64,000 nt of DNA from a virus. Under the pieces are notes generated by a model. The model was not told where the DNA came from and made no database searches. It saw only the letters and a program-made list of their open reading frames with translations. The DNA is taken from IMG/VR virus record IMGVR_UViG_3300045118_000377, positions 1-64,000 of that record. One strand, given 5' to 3'. Below are positions 45,411 to 54,876 of the stretch, piece after piece. A program made the translations under genes and the position numbers. The stretch's first letter is position 1, and every line of letters begins with the position of its first letter.

Positions 45411-48400
45411 ATGTCCGGTTCCGTCGATCTGAAGACATTCCTCGAGGAGAGGTTCCTCGCGTACGATCCCGACACCGATCTCTCGGAGGGCTCTCCTGCA
45501 CAGCTGACGGTCATCGACCCGACCGTCCGCCGATTCCAGCCGGACCCGTTCGAGATGGACCTGCCGACGTTCATCAAGACCCGCCTGCGGCAGGAGTTCC
45601 CGAACCTCCAGGCTGAGGATGGTGACGCTCTGGCTGACTTCCTGGTCAAGCCAATGGAGGCCCTGCTGGACCCGTTCGTCAGAGAGGTCCAGTTCCTCCG
45701 CAACAACCAGAGCCTGGCCTACCCCGAGCTCCTGGCACCGGATGAGGCCGACTCGCTGATGGGCAACCTCTTCGTCCGCCGATCGCGCGGGAAGAAGTCG
45801 GTCGGAAGCGTTCGTGCGTACTTCAGCGCCCCGACGGCCTTGACGATCTCCGTGGGGAACAGTTGCTACACGGCCGATGGGTTGAACTTCATTCCCTCGA
45901 GCCCGCAGTCGATCTCGGCCGAGGCCATGCTCTTCAACCAATCCGGGAATCTCTTCTACTTCGACATCGCGTTGGAGGCCGAAACTGAGGGGGACGAATA
46001 CAACATCGAGGCTGGGTCGATCGTGGGTATCACCAACGTGCCGTCGGCCGTGCGCGTCACCAACCTCCGGAAGTTCTCGGACGGCGAGCCGGAAGAGACC
46101 ACGATCGGCTACGTCGAGCGCGGAGAGACCAGTCTGACCGAGAGGTCGATGGTCATCCCGCGCGGAGTGCTGGCCCGGCTCTTCGATGTCTTCGGAGACA
46201 TCCAGCACCTCCAGGTGGTCGGGTTCAACGACCCCGAGATGCAGAGAGACATCCTGACGGGCGGCGGTCTTGGTTCGATCGTCCACTACTCCGCGACCGG
46301 ATTCACCCAGGACGATGGGAACGGCGACACGTACTCCAACGTGTTCGAGGACAACTCTGCCGATTTCATCACGCTCCTTGGCCCCATAGGCGATGTGAAG
46401 AACTTCACGTTGTCTGTGGCCGGAGTCGACTACAGCATCACGCGGGTCATCAATGCCAACGCCGTCTGGATCACCAATCTGGATGGTACGGCTTCGACCC
46501 TCTCCGACACGCTCTCGAACGTGGCCTACTACATCCGGAAGAACGAGCTGACGCTGTCTTCCATCCCCGGTGGCGTGGTATTCCCGATCGGTCCCAACGG
46601 GGAGATCGTGATCGAGGGCAACGAAGTCCACATCGGCGGGTGTTCGGACTTCTTTCTTCGCGGCCTGACGGCGGAGGACGCAGATCAGGTGGTCAAAGAG
46701 ATCAGCGACGAACAGCCGCTGACCGAAGGGAAGGATCTGAGCGTCGTCATCGCCGGGCTGCCGGAGGACATCGTTCGGGTTGGTCTCGCCAGCACCGACT
46801 TCATCACCAAGGGAGTGAAGGTTGGTCACTCTCTCGTGATAGAAGGAGCGGGCGTGGCTGTGGCAGGCAGCTACCAGATCATCAAGGTGGCACCCAGAGG
46901 GACTGGTGTGACGGAGTCCAGGGAGCTGCAGGTTGAGCCGGCCCCGTCGTCTTCGTTCTCGAATCTGTCCTACAAGATCGTGGACGAGCTGGACATCAAC
47001 CTGAATGAGCCGAAGAACATGCGTGAGACCGGCTCAGATCTGAAGGCCGTCATGGGCAGTCGCCAGGTCAGCACGGTCTCCGAGGTCGACTTCCTGGCGG
47101 TCGGCGGGCAGGTCGGCGACACACTACGGGTGACCAGCGATTCTGCCAACGCCGGTGACTACGGCGTGCAGCAGATCACCGGCACTGGCAACAAGCTCAT
47201 GGTCTTGGATGGCGAGTTGCGCCGGACGTCCGACTCCGAGCCTTGGCAGCTGTTCAACAAGCAAGCCGGCATCCAGCTGCCGCTCTTGCGTATCAAGACC
47301 ATCGATCTGCTGGATTCGTCGTTGAACCCCACGGGCGAGACCCTTCCCTACGCGGACCCAGTGGACATCCAGTCGTCGGCGTTCTCCAACGCCGGTGTCG
47401 GTCTGAAGAAGGCTGTGGCGGATGCCAAAGTGGGGATCATCGGAACGGTCGACCTCAGTGGCGGGGCATCGGCGCTCAACGGGAAGCAGATTCAGATCTC
47501 CGTCAACAACGCACCGGCGATACCCGTCAACTTCTCCGGTGTGACCACGCTGCAGACGGCCGTAGACCAGATCAACGCCATCACCGGACTCAGCGGTATC
47601 GCTCAGGTCTACACCATCGGAGCGGCGCAATACCTGGCGATCAGATCTACTACCCGATGGCTGCAGGTGACGCCCTACGGCTCCGCCAACAGCACACTGG
47701 GTTTGTCCACGAGCGTGTCTGAGGACAGTCGGCAGGTGACGAGCACGAGCGTGTCGGACTGGACGCAGTTCGGAATCGAGGTGTTCAGCGACTCGGTCTA
47801 CGTCATGTCCGGAGACAACATCGGCTTCTGGTGGCTGGAGTATCTGGCCGCCGATCGTCTCCTCATCGCGCAGGTGGACGACGCCGGTCGCGTCGTCTTC
47901 CCACTGCCTAGCGTCAACACCTCCATTCGCATCGGGAGCCGATCGTTCGGGAAGGTGCGCTGCTACTTCCTCGAGCCAACTTCCTTCGAGGTCCGCGGCA
48001 GCTACCGGAAGGCCGCCAGGCGCACCTCTGTGCATCAGGCGAATGCCGCTCTCGGCACGATCACGGCGGATGAGGAGCAGCGCACGGAGTTCACGCTCGA
48101 CGTCAACGGCGACGGTGTGAGCCTCAAGAACTTCTTCCCCGATCCCGAGCTCCACTTCCAACTGCTGCCAGTGACATCGGAAGACGTACCGAACAACCTC
48201 GTGGTGGACCTCGCTGGATTGGGCACCCGCGTCGTGGAGAGCGTGCAGGATGCCGGCTCCATGCCGACTGGTCCGGGCATGTACTCGAGGGACGCAAAGA
48301 TCGATTTCCTGCTTCGAGAGGTGCTGCCGGGTGACATCCTGGAGATCACCTACCAGCCTATTCAGGGCACGGTGAACATCTCCGCCAGCTCGTTCCCCTA

Positions 48401-49508
48401 CACGCCCACTCCCAACGTCCTGGCCGGCAAGAGCCTGACGTTCTCGTTGGAGAACGGGCCCGACAAGACCATCACCTTCGATGACCAGGTCGATGGGCCC
48501 ACGAAGTTGGTGGCCGAGATCAACGCCCAGCTGGGGGCCACCATCGCGTTCGTGGAGGACACTGGTTCTGCTCAGTACCTGCGGTTCGAGGCCGACTTCC
48601 CTGTGATCCTCCGCTCCTCCCATCCGACCACTCTGACGACCCTGGGGCTGACAGCGGGCAATAACGACGCCAAGGCCAAGGGAGAGTACAAGGTCCTAGA
48701 CGTCGGGTGGATCTCGGGAGCAACTTCCAACCACTGCCGCATGACGCTCGATACGACGTTCGTGGCTGGTCAGGTGGGACCTTCCCAGCACTTCACGATC
48801 AAGCGGCCCGGTGTCCAGCGTGTCAGCTCCACGGAGATGGCGGAGAACAAGGAGGGGGCGCTCTACTACGCCGACATCGAGCTGGTCTCGGACGGGGTGG
48901 GTGACGAGTTCAACATCGATCCCGATCTCCAGCTGACCGCGGAGAGGTACAAGTCCGACGGCTACCATCTCTACACCGAGGATGAGAACCTCAGCTTCTC
49001 GACCTCGGAGAAGCTGCACATGGTCGTGGGGCGTCGCATGCTCTCGGTCGGCTCCACCGACACGCCGGCCAACATGCGCCAGCTCAGTCTGTCGAACATC
49101 CAGCTCAACTACGAGCGGTCGCCGCTGGTGGAGCAGGTCCAGAACTTCGCGCAGTCGGAGCTAGACCGCGTGCTGACAGCCAGCATCCTGGTGCGGCACC
49201 TCCAGCCCCACTTCGTCCAGGTCGTGGTGAACTACAGTGGTGGATCGCTGGAAGACGTGGTGGTCTCCGACATCGAAGATCTCATCAACGGCCTACTGCC
49301 GGACGAGGCACTCGAAGCCTCAGCCATCGGCGAGATACCCCGCCGCCGTGGGGCGACCAGTGTGGAGATGCCAATCACTGTCATAGGGATCGTCCACTAC
49401 AAGGATCGAAAGGTGCGGGCCGTGAGGTCCAAGAACTCGATCACTGCCGGCCGTCTCGCTACCTTCATGCCGGACGTGTTGGACGTGACTCGAGCCGGAA
49501 CTGCCTAG
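45411..49508 (+). CDS. Baseplate J-like protein (1365 aa)
   Basis: RSRGKKSVGSVRAYF...EAETEGDEYNIEAGSI...VTNLRKFSDGEPEET, a typical gpJ pattern. Confidence 0.75.
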   Translation: MSGSVDLKTFLEERFLAYDPDTDLSEGSPAQLTVIDPTVRRFQPDPFEMDLPTFIKTRLRQEFPNLQAEDGDALADFLVKPMEALLDPFVREVQFLRNNQSLAYPELLAPDEADSLMGNLFVRRSRGKKSVGSVRAYFSAPTALTISVGNSCYTADGLNFIPSSPQSISAEAMLFNQSGNLFYFDIALEAETEGDEYNIEAGSIVGITNVPSAVRVTNLRKFSDGEPEETTIGYVERGETSLTERSMVIPRGVLARLFDVFGDIQHLQVVGFNDPEMQRDILTGGGLGSIVHYSATGFTQDDGNGDTYSNVFEDNSADFITLLGPIGDVKNFTLSVAGVDYSITRVINANAVWITNLDGTASTLSDTLSNVAYYIRKNELTLSSIPGGVVFPIGPNGEIVIEGNEVHIGGCSDFFLRGLTAEDADQVVKEISDEQPLTEGKDLSVVIAGLPEDIVRVGLASTDFITKGVKVGHSLVIEGAGVAVAGSYQIIKVAPRGTGVTESRELQVEPAPSSSFSNLSYKIVDELDINLNEPKNMRETGSDLKAVMGSRQVSTVSEVDFLAVGGQVGDTLRVTSDSANAGDYGVQQITGTGNKLMVLDGELRRTSDSEPWQLFNKQAGIQLPLLRIKTIDLLDSSLNPTGETLPYADPVDIQSSAFSNAGVGLKKAVADAKVGIIGTVDLSGGASALNGKQIQISVNNAPAIPVNFSGVTTLQTAVDQINAITGLSGIAQVYTIGAAQYLAIRSTTRWLQVTPYGSANSTLGLSTSVSEDSRQVTSTSVSDWTQFGIEVFSDSVYVMSGDNIGFWWLEYLAADRLLIAQVDDAGRVVFPLPSVNTSIRIGSRSFGKVRCYFLEPTSFEVRGSYRKAARRTSVHQANAALGTITADEEQRTEFTLDVNGDGVSLKNFFPDPELHFQLLPVTSEDVPNNLVVDLAGLGTRVVESVQDAGSMPTGPGMYSRDAKIDFLLREVLPGDILEITYQPIQGTVNISASSFPYTPTPNVLAGKSLTFSLENGPDKTITFDDQVDGPTKLVAEINAQLGATIAFVEDTGSAQYLRFEADFPVILRSSHPTTLTTLGLTAGNNDAKAKGEYKVLDVGWISGATSNHCRMTLDTTFVAGQVGPSQHFTIKRPGVQRVSSTEMAENKEGALYYADIELVSDGVGDEFNIDPDLQLTAERYKSDGYHLYTEDENLSFSTSEKLHMVVGRRMLSVGSTDTPANMRQLSLSNIQLNYERSPLVEQVQNFAQSELDRVLTASILVRHLQPHFVQVVVNYSGGSLEDVVVSDIEDLINGLLPDEALEASAIGEIPRRRGATSVEMPITVIGIVHYKDRKVRAVRSKNSITAGRLATFMPDVLDVTRAGTA

Positions 49509-49819
49509 TCCTCCGTCTTCAGGATTGGAAGCGCCGGCTCTACCGCCTGAGCCAGGTTTCCCAGCTTGACGATCATGCCGTTGTGGGGATTGAACTGGCA
49601 GCCACAGGCCAGGCACTCGAGGTAGAACTTCGGGAGTATCTCGCCCTTCTGCCACATCGTGCGGAAGTCTCCGATCTTCCTGCAACTTCCTCCGCAGCGT
49701 GGACAAGTCTGCACGGCGTAAAATCTCTCGCGTTCCGACGCTGCCGGGGTGAGAATGTCCTCGTGCCCTTCGAGCAACTTGGCTGTGATCTCTGGCGACA
49801 ATAGGAGAAGGTGTCTCAC
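49505..49819 (-). CDS. Zn-ribbon protein, antisense within the tail module
   Basis: CPRCGG...CLACGC. GTG 49819 lies 7 nt after TTGAAA-N17-TATCCT. Confidence 0.6.
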   Translation of the reverse strand: MRHLLLLSPEITAKLLEGHEDILTPAASERERFYAVQTCPRCGGSCRKIGDFRTMWQKGEILPKFYLECLACGCQFNPHNGMIVKLGNLAQAVEPALPILKTED

Positions 49820-49826
49820 GGCAATC

Positions 49827-49889
49827 AGGATAGACCAACAGCGCCGTCTTTTCAATGCGTTGACGCCAGACAGATCACTGGAGTAGAAT
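49827..49889. promoter_or_regulatory. Divergent sigma70-like promoters
   Basis: Minus strand TTGAAA-N17-TATCCT; plus strand TTGACG-N18-TAGAAT (49860-49889). Confidence 0.6.
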
Positions 49890-49923
49890 CCTTGGGAATC
49901 CAGACCTTGAAGAGGTGATCCAA

Positions 49924-51951
49924 ATGAATCTTCGAGCTCACGGAGTGCTGGGCATCGAGGGTCGCATTCGTATCGTGAAACACGACGTTCGAGGCCTTCA
50001 GGGCAGTGGGCCCGGCGGAGCCGTGGAGTACGAAGACCTCTGGGAGCATCTGCCTGACGGCACACGGAGGAGTCGCTACCCAGAGAGGGTCACAGAGGAC
50101 CGAGAGATCCGCAACAAGTTCACTCGTCGTGGACTTGGGTATCTCATGTACTGCGCCTTCTGGTCCAATTCTGGATCTGCGCAGTCAAAGCAGCCGTCCG
50201 AGATCCTCGCCAACTGGAGCACGAACCCGTTCTTGGCGTTCATGCTGTTCGGCGATGATGGTGCGGTTCCCAGCCGACGCGGTGATGCGAAGGTCCTGTG
50301 GGCCGAGAGCGATGGGTCGTCGGACGACAAGATCCCAGGCAACCCACCAGGGTCCGGCACCGTAGCCTATGGGCGGCGTGGGATCTTGCTGTCGGCGACG
50401 ACCGGCATCTTCAAGCGCGTCCAGCTCCGTTATCCGAACGCCTCTCCGGACTACGAATACAACGAGATGACGTTCTTCGCCCAGGCCAACAGCCCCGCGG
50501 TCGAGACCACGGATGTCGGCCTGGACAACTTCGTGGCGAAGAGCATCGGCCTCTCCGCCGACGTCGCCTGCGGCTACAACGAAGCCAACCCCTTCATCGG
50601 CACGCGCGCCGTCATCGGGCAGCTGCCCTCGATCTTCGGGGCGCTGACCACAGGAGCCAAGGCCGGCAACCTCTCCGATCGCGTGTACAAGCACGAGAAC
50701 TTCACCTACGGTGATGGGAGCGCGCTCGGTCTAGGATCGGCGACCGCGCTGCACAAGTTCGTGCTAGGCGAGACCATCGCGAATGGGCTTCCGGGCTACA
50801 TCGCCTCGTCCGAGATCGCCGATGTCAACCTCTGGAGTTCTCCGGCTCCGGAGAACATCACGTTCAACAACACAGACAAGACGATCTTGCTCGGCACTGG
50901 AACCCCGTTCGTGGCCGCTACGCACACGCGCAAGACCATCACGACCGACGCGGCTCTGAACCCAGGCCCCTTCACGATCAAGAGGGTCATCAACAACAAC
51001 AAGGTGGAGGTGTTCGAAGCCGTCGTGGCCGAGGGTCCGGTGAGCAAGACACTCAACATCCTCACGCGCACTACGGGAGACAAGGCGTTCGACGGGCGGG
51101 TCGACAACGAGATGTGGGTGAGCAAGAACGCGGAGGACGGCGATACACCAGGGGCAATCATTCAGGGCGAGAAGTACGTCTCCAACGATGTGGCAGGTCC
51201 GCACTACATCGGCAGGATCTGGGCGAAGGACGACGCGAGGACCATCAGGGGGGTCAGGATCGTCTTCCCGAAGGGCAGCATTCGGGACTTCTGCCCGAAG
51301 TTCTTCACGATCCAGACTCTGAATGCGCTACATGAGTTCGGCGGAGATCCTCAGCCCTTCCACGCCAACGACTGGACGACGAAGTTGGACTATTCTGCGT
51401 CCGATCAGTCGAACAACATCTTCAACAACGGCGAGTACGGCTACGAGTACACGTTCACGACAGCAGTCCCCACGTGTGGGATCAAGATCTCTGGCATCGT
51501 GCCAGTAGACACCGCCCGAAAAGTGGAGATCGCCGAACTCTACGTCTTCGAGGACATGCCGTCGAAGACGATCGATTCCACCAACAACAAGCTCCGGCTG
51601 TCGGTGGATGGAGGGTCCAGCTACAAGACGTTCACGATCCCCAACGTCGCCGCGACAACCAGCACGCAGACCCTGGCCGACGCCATCAATCAGGCTCTCT
51701 ACGGTTGGGGGTTGGAGGCCTACCGATCGGCATTCGGCTTCGTCGTCGTACGTGGAACGGTCGCCGGCAACTACAGCCAAGTCCACTTGGACACGGTCGC
51801 CAACGCGATCAACTCGCTGCTGGGGATACCAACGGCGGGTCTGCCGAAGGGGTACACGGGTGTCACCCAGCCGTTCACAAAGGCGGCGGCCGACGCCGTG
51901 ACCTTCATCTACACCCAGCGCATGGGTGGCAACTTCCCGAAGCCGGCGTAA
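49924..51951 (+). CDS. Tail/baseplate protein with discoidin-like domain
   Basis: AFDG...IRGVRI...FTIQ...VEIAELYVF F5/8C-like pattern; GAGG SD. Confidence 0.55.
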   Translation: MNLRAHGVLGIEGRIRIVKHDVRGLQGSGPGGAVEYEDLWEHLPDGTRRSRYPERVTEDREIRNKFTRRGLGYLMYCAFWSNSGSAQSKQPSEILANWSTNPFLAFMLFGDDGAVPSRRGDAKVLWAESDGSSDDKIPGNPPGSGTVAYGRRGILLSATTGIFKRVQLRYPNASPDYEYNEMTFFAQANSPAVETTDVGLDNFVAKSIGLSADVACGYNEANPFIGTRAVIGQLPSIFGALTTGAKAGNLSDRVYKHENFTYGDGSALGLGSATALHKFVLGETIANGLPGYIASSEIADVNLWSSPAPENITFNNTDKTILLGTGTPFVAATHTRKTITTDAALNPGPFTIKRVINNNKVEVFEAVVAEGPVSKTLNILTRTTGDKAFDGRVDNEMWVSKNAEDGDTPGAIIQGEKYVSNDVAGPHYIGRIWAKDDARTIRGVRIVFPKGSIRDFCPKFFTIQTLNALHEFGGDPQPFHANDWTTKLDYSASDQSNNIFNNGEYGYEYTFTTAVPTCGIKISGIVPVDTARKVEIAELYVFEDMPSKTIDSTNNKLRLSVDGGSSYKTFTIPNVAATTSTQTLADAINQALYGWGLEAYRSAFGFVVVRGTVAGNYSQVHLDTVANAINSLLGIPTAGLPKGYTGVTQPFTKAAADAVTFIYTQRMGGNFPKPA

Positions 51952-51961
51952 GGAGCTGATC

Positions 51962-52627
51962 ATGCAAGGACGTTTCGATCTTCAGATGCTCCACACCCCA
52001 GGCCTGACACAGGATCTTCTGGATGCCGTGCGCAGGGAGGGGGGAGACGCGGCTGTCATGGAGTACCTCCAGCGGTTCCCTGTGGATGGCCAATGGGCCA
52101 TGGACAACCTCATCTTCAAGACCGCGCCCAGCTATTTCTACTACCAGGCGCTCAGCAACCCCGGCCATTACTTCACTACTGGCTACGGCTGGAACGCGCC
52201 GACGCTCTTCGCATGGATCGCGCTGACGCAGACCTCGACCGAGCCCTCCTATACGGGAGAGGTCTACACTCTCGACTTTGGGTGGGACAGCACGCCCGAT
52301 ATGGTTGGTGGGACCAGTTCGCACAAGGTCTTCATCAACAACTGCATCATCAGTCCGGACTTCAAAAGCGATCCGAATGGCCGCGAGGCCATCTACGCCA
52401 AGCTCAAGTGGCTGTACCTGCCGGGCGAAGCCACACACTCAAGTATCAGGAGCGTGACCTACTACTCCTCCTGCCGTCTGGATTACACGACCAGCAACTT
52501 CTCGGTTGGTCATGGTCGTACGGGGAGAGTCAGGATCAAGGACAGTGGCGGCAACCCGGTCACGATCAACAAGGCCAGCAACAAGAGCCTTTTGGTCGAG
52601 TACACGTTCACGATGCCGTCGCTCTAG
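51962..52627 (+). CDS. Putative tail protein
   Basis: AAGGAG SD; ends PVTINKASNKSLLVEYTF. Confidence 0.6.
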   Translation: MQGRFDLQMLHTPGLTQDLLDAVRREGGDAAVMEYLQRFPVDGQWAMDNLIFKTAPSYFYYQALSNPGHYFTTGYGWNAPTLFAWIALTQTSTEPSYTGEVYTLDFGWDSTPDMVGGTSSHKVFINNCIISPDFKSDPNGREAIYAKLKWLYLPGEATHSSIRSVTYYSSCRLDYTTSNFSVGHGRTGRVRIKDSGGNPVTINKASNKSLLVEYTFTMPSL

Positions 52628-52635
52628 GAGGCAGC

Positions 52636-52884
52636 ATGTGGTACTTCACGAAGAAGGCCGACAGCGACCAGCGCCCTGTCCTCGAGATGGCAGAGTCCGA
52701 ATCCGAGGCCAATGCCGCGCGGCAAGCACTGTCTGAGGCGGACCCACTGGCTGTCTTGGGTAGCGTGTTCGAGGAGACGCACGACTACCAGTTCAGCTTT
52801 CCACGGATCTGCGGCGTGGTGTCACTCAGCGATGGGTCGGAAGAGCTGGTCTGGACCGATGGAGTCCGTACCCCCAAGACGTAG
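52636..52884 (+). CDS. Hypothetical protein (82 aa)
   Basis: AGGAGG SD before ATG 52636. Confidence 0.65.
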   Translation: MWYFTKKADSDQRPVLEMAESESEANAARQALSEADPLAVLGSVFEETHDYQFSFPRICGVVSLSDGSEELVWTDGVRTPKT

Positions 52885-52893
52885 GAGCTCAAC

Positions 52894-54006
52894 GTGTCGA
52901 TTCCCAGTGCCAGGGCTGGAGCCGAGCAGGCGTGGGCACACACGTCCTTGCCGAAGACCGTGACGCTCGAGGGCGATGCTGTCAGCGACCTTCCGATCCG
53001 TCAGTGGAAGTGGACCATGCTGTACGTCCCGCCAGGAAGCGTGGCGGCGACGGGTGTGAACGGCAACTTCTCCAACGGCGTGTCGACCTCCCAGAACCCG
53101 TCCTTCGTCTGTGACGTCGACGGCTGCTACGTCCTGCAGCTCGAGGCCCGCAACGAGGAAGGTTGGAGCATCCCTCTTTCTGACAAGGAGCTGTGCCAGA
53201 CTGCGATCTACATCCTGACGGATAAGCTGGGCATCCGACTGCCGGGGGCGTTCCTCTGGCGATACGACGGCGACCTCAATCAGTCCCTGTTGGACCTGGA
53301 GGCCGCCATCGGGACCAGCAGTGTGGACTCTACGGCTCTGCACAAGGCCGTGGCAGGTGAGCTCGCCGCCATGACGGAGAAGAACCCGTCTATCGGGAAC
53401 GACCTGCTGCTCCTCGAAGATAGCGCCGCGGGGTACGCCAAGAAGAAGATCAAGGTCAGCAGCCTGACCGGCATCGTGGACACCACGGCGCTGCACAAGG
53501 TGACCGAGGGCGAGATCAACGCCATGACTGCGAAGGCCTCTCCGGTCGCCGCAGATCTTGTGGTCATCGAGGACTCGGCTGCGTCCTGGGCGAAGAAGAA
53601 GGTCACAGTCGGCAACCTGCCGCAGAGGTGGTCTACCTACAAGCAAGACACTGAGTACTCGCACGCCGGAATCACATTCGACCCCAAGTTCACCTTCAGG
53701 GTCGTTCGTGACTCTAACAAGGCACCAACATCCTGGAGGATCGTTGTTAGCATGCGCGCCACCAACTCGTATGGTGGTCGCGCGGAAGTCCGGGTGCGTG
53801 CAACCGGTTCTGGTGGGACCGATTTGGTGACGATCACTTCCCTCACGGGAAACACCGAACGGGTCTACTCCGGTGTCATCACGATCAACCCAACCAATGA
53901 GCCACAGGACGAAGTCATCACCGTAGAAGTGGCTCTGAGGATCGACACCAGCGGGGACACCGCCTACATGAAGTTCTTCGAATTCTTCTCCATTGCCGGG
54001 GGCTAG
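52894..54006 (+). CDS. PKD/Ig-domain virion protein with a duplicated ~51-aa repeat
   Basis: WKWTMLYVPPGS...DVDGCYVLQL; two copies of TALHKxxxGExxAMTxK...EDSAAxxAKKK. Confidence 0.6.
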   Translation: MSIPSARAGAEQAWAHTSLPKTVTLEGDAVSDLPIRQWKWTMLYVPPGSVAATGVNGNFSNGVSTSQNPSFVCDVDGCYVLQLEARNEEGWSIPLSDKELCQTAIYILTDKLGIRLPGAFLWRYDGDLNQSLLDLEAAIGTSSVDSTALHKAVAGELAAMTEKNPSIGNDLLLLEDSAAGYAKKKIKVSSLTGIVDTTALHKVTEGEINAMTAKASPVAADLVVIEDSAASWAKKKVTVGNLPQRWSTYKQDTEYSHAGITFDPKFTFRVVRDSNKAPTSWRIVVSMRATNSYGGRAEVRVRATGSGGTDLVTITSLTGNTERVYSGVITINPTNEPQDEVITVEVALRIDTSGDTAYMKFFEFFSIAGG

Positions 54007-54008
54007 CT

Positions 54009-54866
54009 GTGAATGTGGCGACCCTCTGCGATAGGAGATACTGCGTAGAGGGAGTCGTCTGCGCGCAATCGGCCTCCACTCAGGGAGCAGACCTCGTCTT
54101 CATCCTTTGTTTGGATCGCGAGACCCGGGACGTCGCGGGACGCCTACTGGATTCCAAGGGGCCGGTGATCATTCCAGTTCGGGACTTGGAGGACTACTAC
54201 CCGGTCCTACGTGAGCTGCGCTCCCAGCGGGATTGGAAGAGCTACGTCGCCGCGCTGAAGCCGTTCTACCTTGGCTACCTCCTGGAGTTCTTCGGGATCG
54301 AGGTCGTGGCCATGGTCGACTCCGACATGTTCTTCTGGGGACCAGTGGCAGAGATCGACCGGGTCATGGGAGACGCTGGCATCCTGGTGATCGACAGAGA
54401 GCTCGACCCGCCGCCGAGGTGCGGCTGGTTCAACGACGGCTTTGTGGTCGCCCGTCCTTCCGGTCTGCCATTCGTGCGCTGGTGGCAAGAGCGCTGCACG
54501 GAGTGGTGCCAGTGGATGACCGATGGGGGAGGAGATCGATTCGGGGCCGAGGGGTACTTGAACGTCCTCCATGACCAACCAGGTATCTTCCCGTTCGCAA
54601 AGTGGGTTCAGCATTCGGGGATCAACCTAGCTCCGTGGAACGCCAGGTGGCACCGTCTGAACGATGGCGACCAGGGCTTCACCGTTGACGACGAGTTCCC
54701 CCTGATCTGCTACCACTACCGGGACTTCCAGGACTTCAGACAGACGTTCTGGGAGGAGGCACCGATCGCAAAAGAGTACTTGGACGCCCTGTACCGGCCC
54801 TACTACGATCGACTGAGAGAAGTCGCTGCACTGATCGAGGAAGCCGGGCTCAAGCCGGTCGACTAG
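54009..54866 (+). CDS. GT-A fold glycosyltransferase
   Basis: LKP...VDSDMFFW (DxD), FNDGFV, WWQERC, GINLAPWN, YHY. Confidence 0.8.
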   Translation: MNVATLCDRRYCVEGVVCAQSASTQGADLVFILCLDRETRDVAGRLLDSKGPVIIPVRDLEDYYPVLRELRSQRDWKSYVAALKPFYLGYLLEFFGIEVVAMVDSDMFFWGPVAEIDRVMGDAGILVIDRELDPPPRCGWFNDGFVVARPSGLPFVRWWQERCTEWCQWMTDGGGDRFGAEGYLNVLHDQPGIFPFAKWVQHSGINLAPWNARWHRLNDGDQGFTVDDEFPLICYHYRDFQDFRQTFWEEAPIAKEYLDALYRPYYDRLREVAALIEEAGLKPVD

Positions 54867-54876
54867 GAGGTCGTTG

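Noticed and set aside
49820-50065. 5' extension of the 186 aa minus-strand ORF
   Set aside because: Overlaps the divergent promoters and the plus-strand gene; the GTG start at 49819 fits better.
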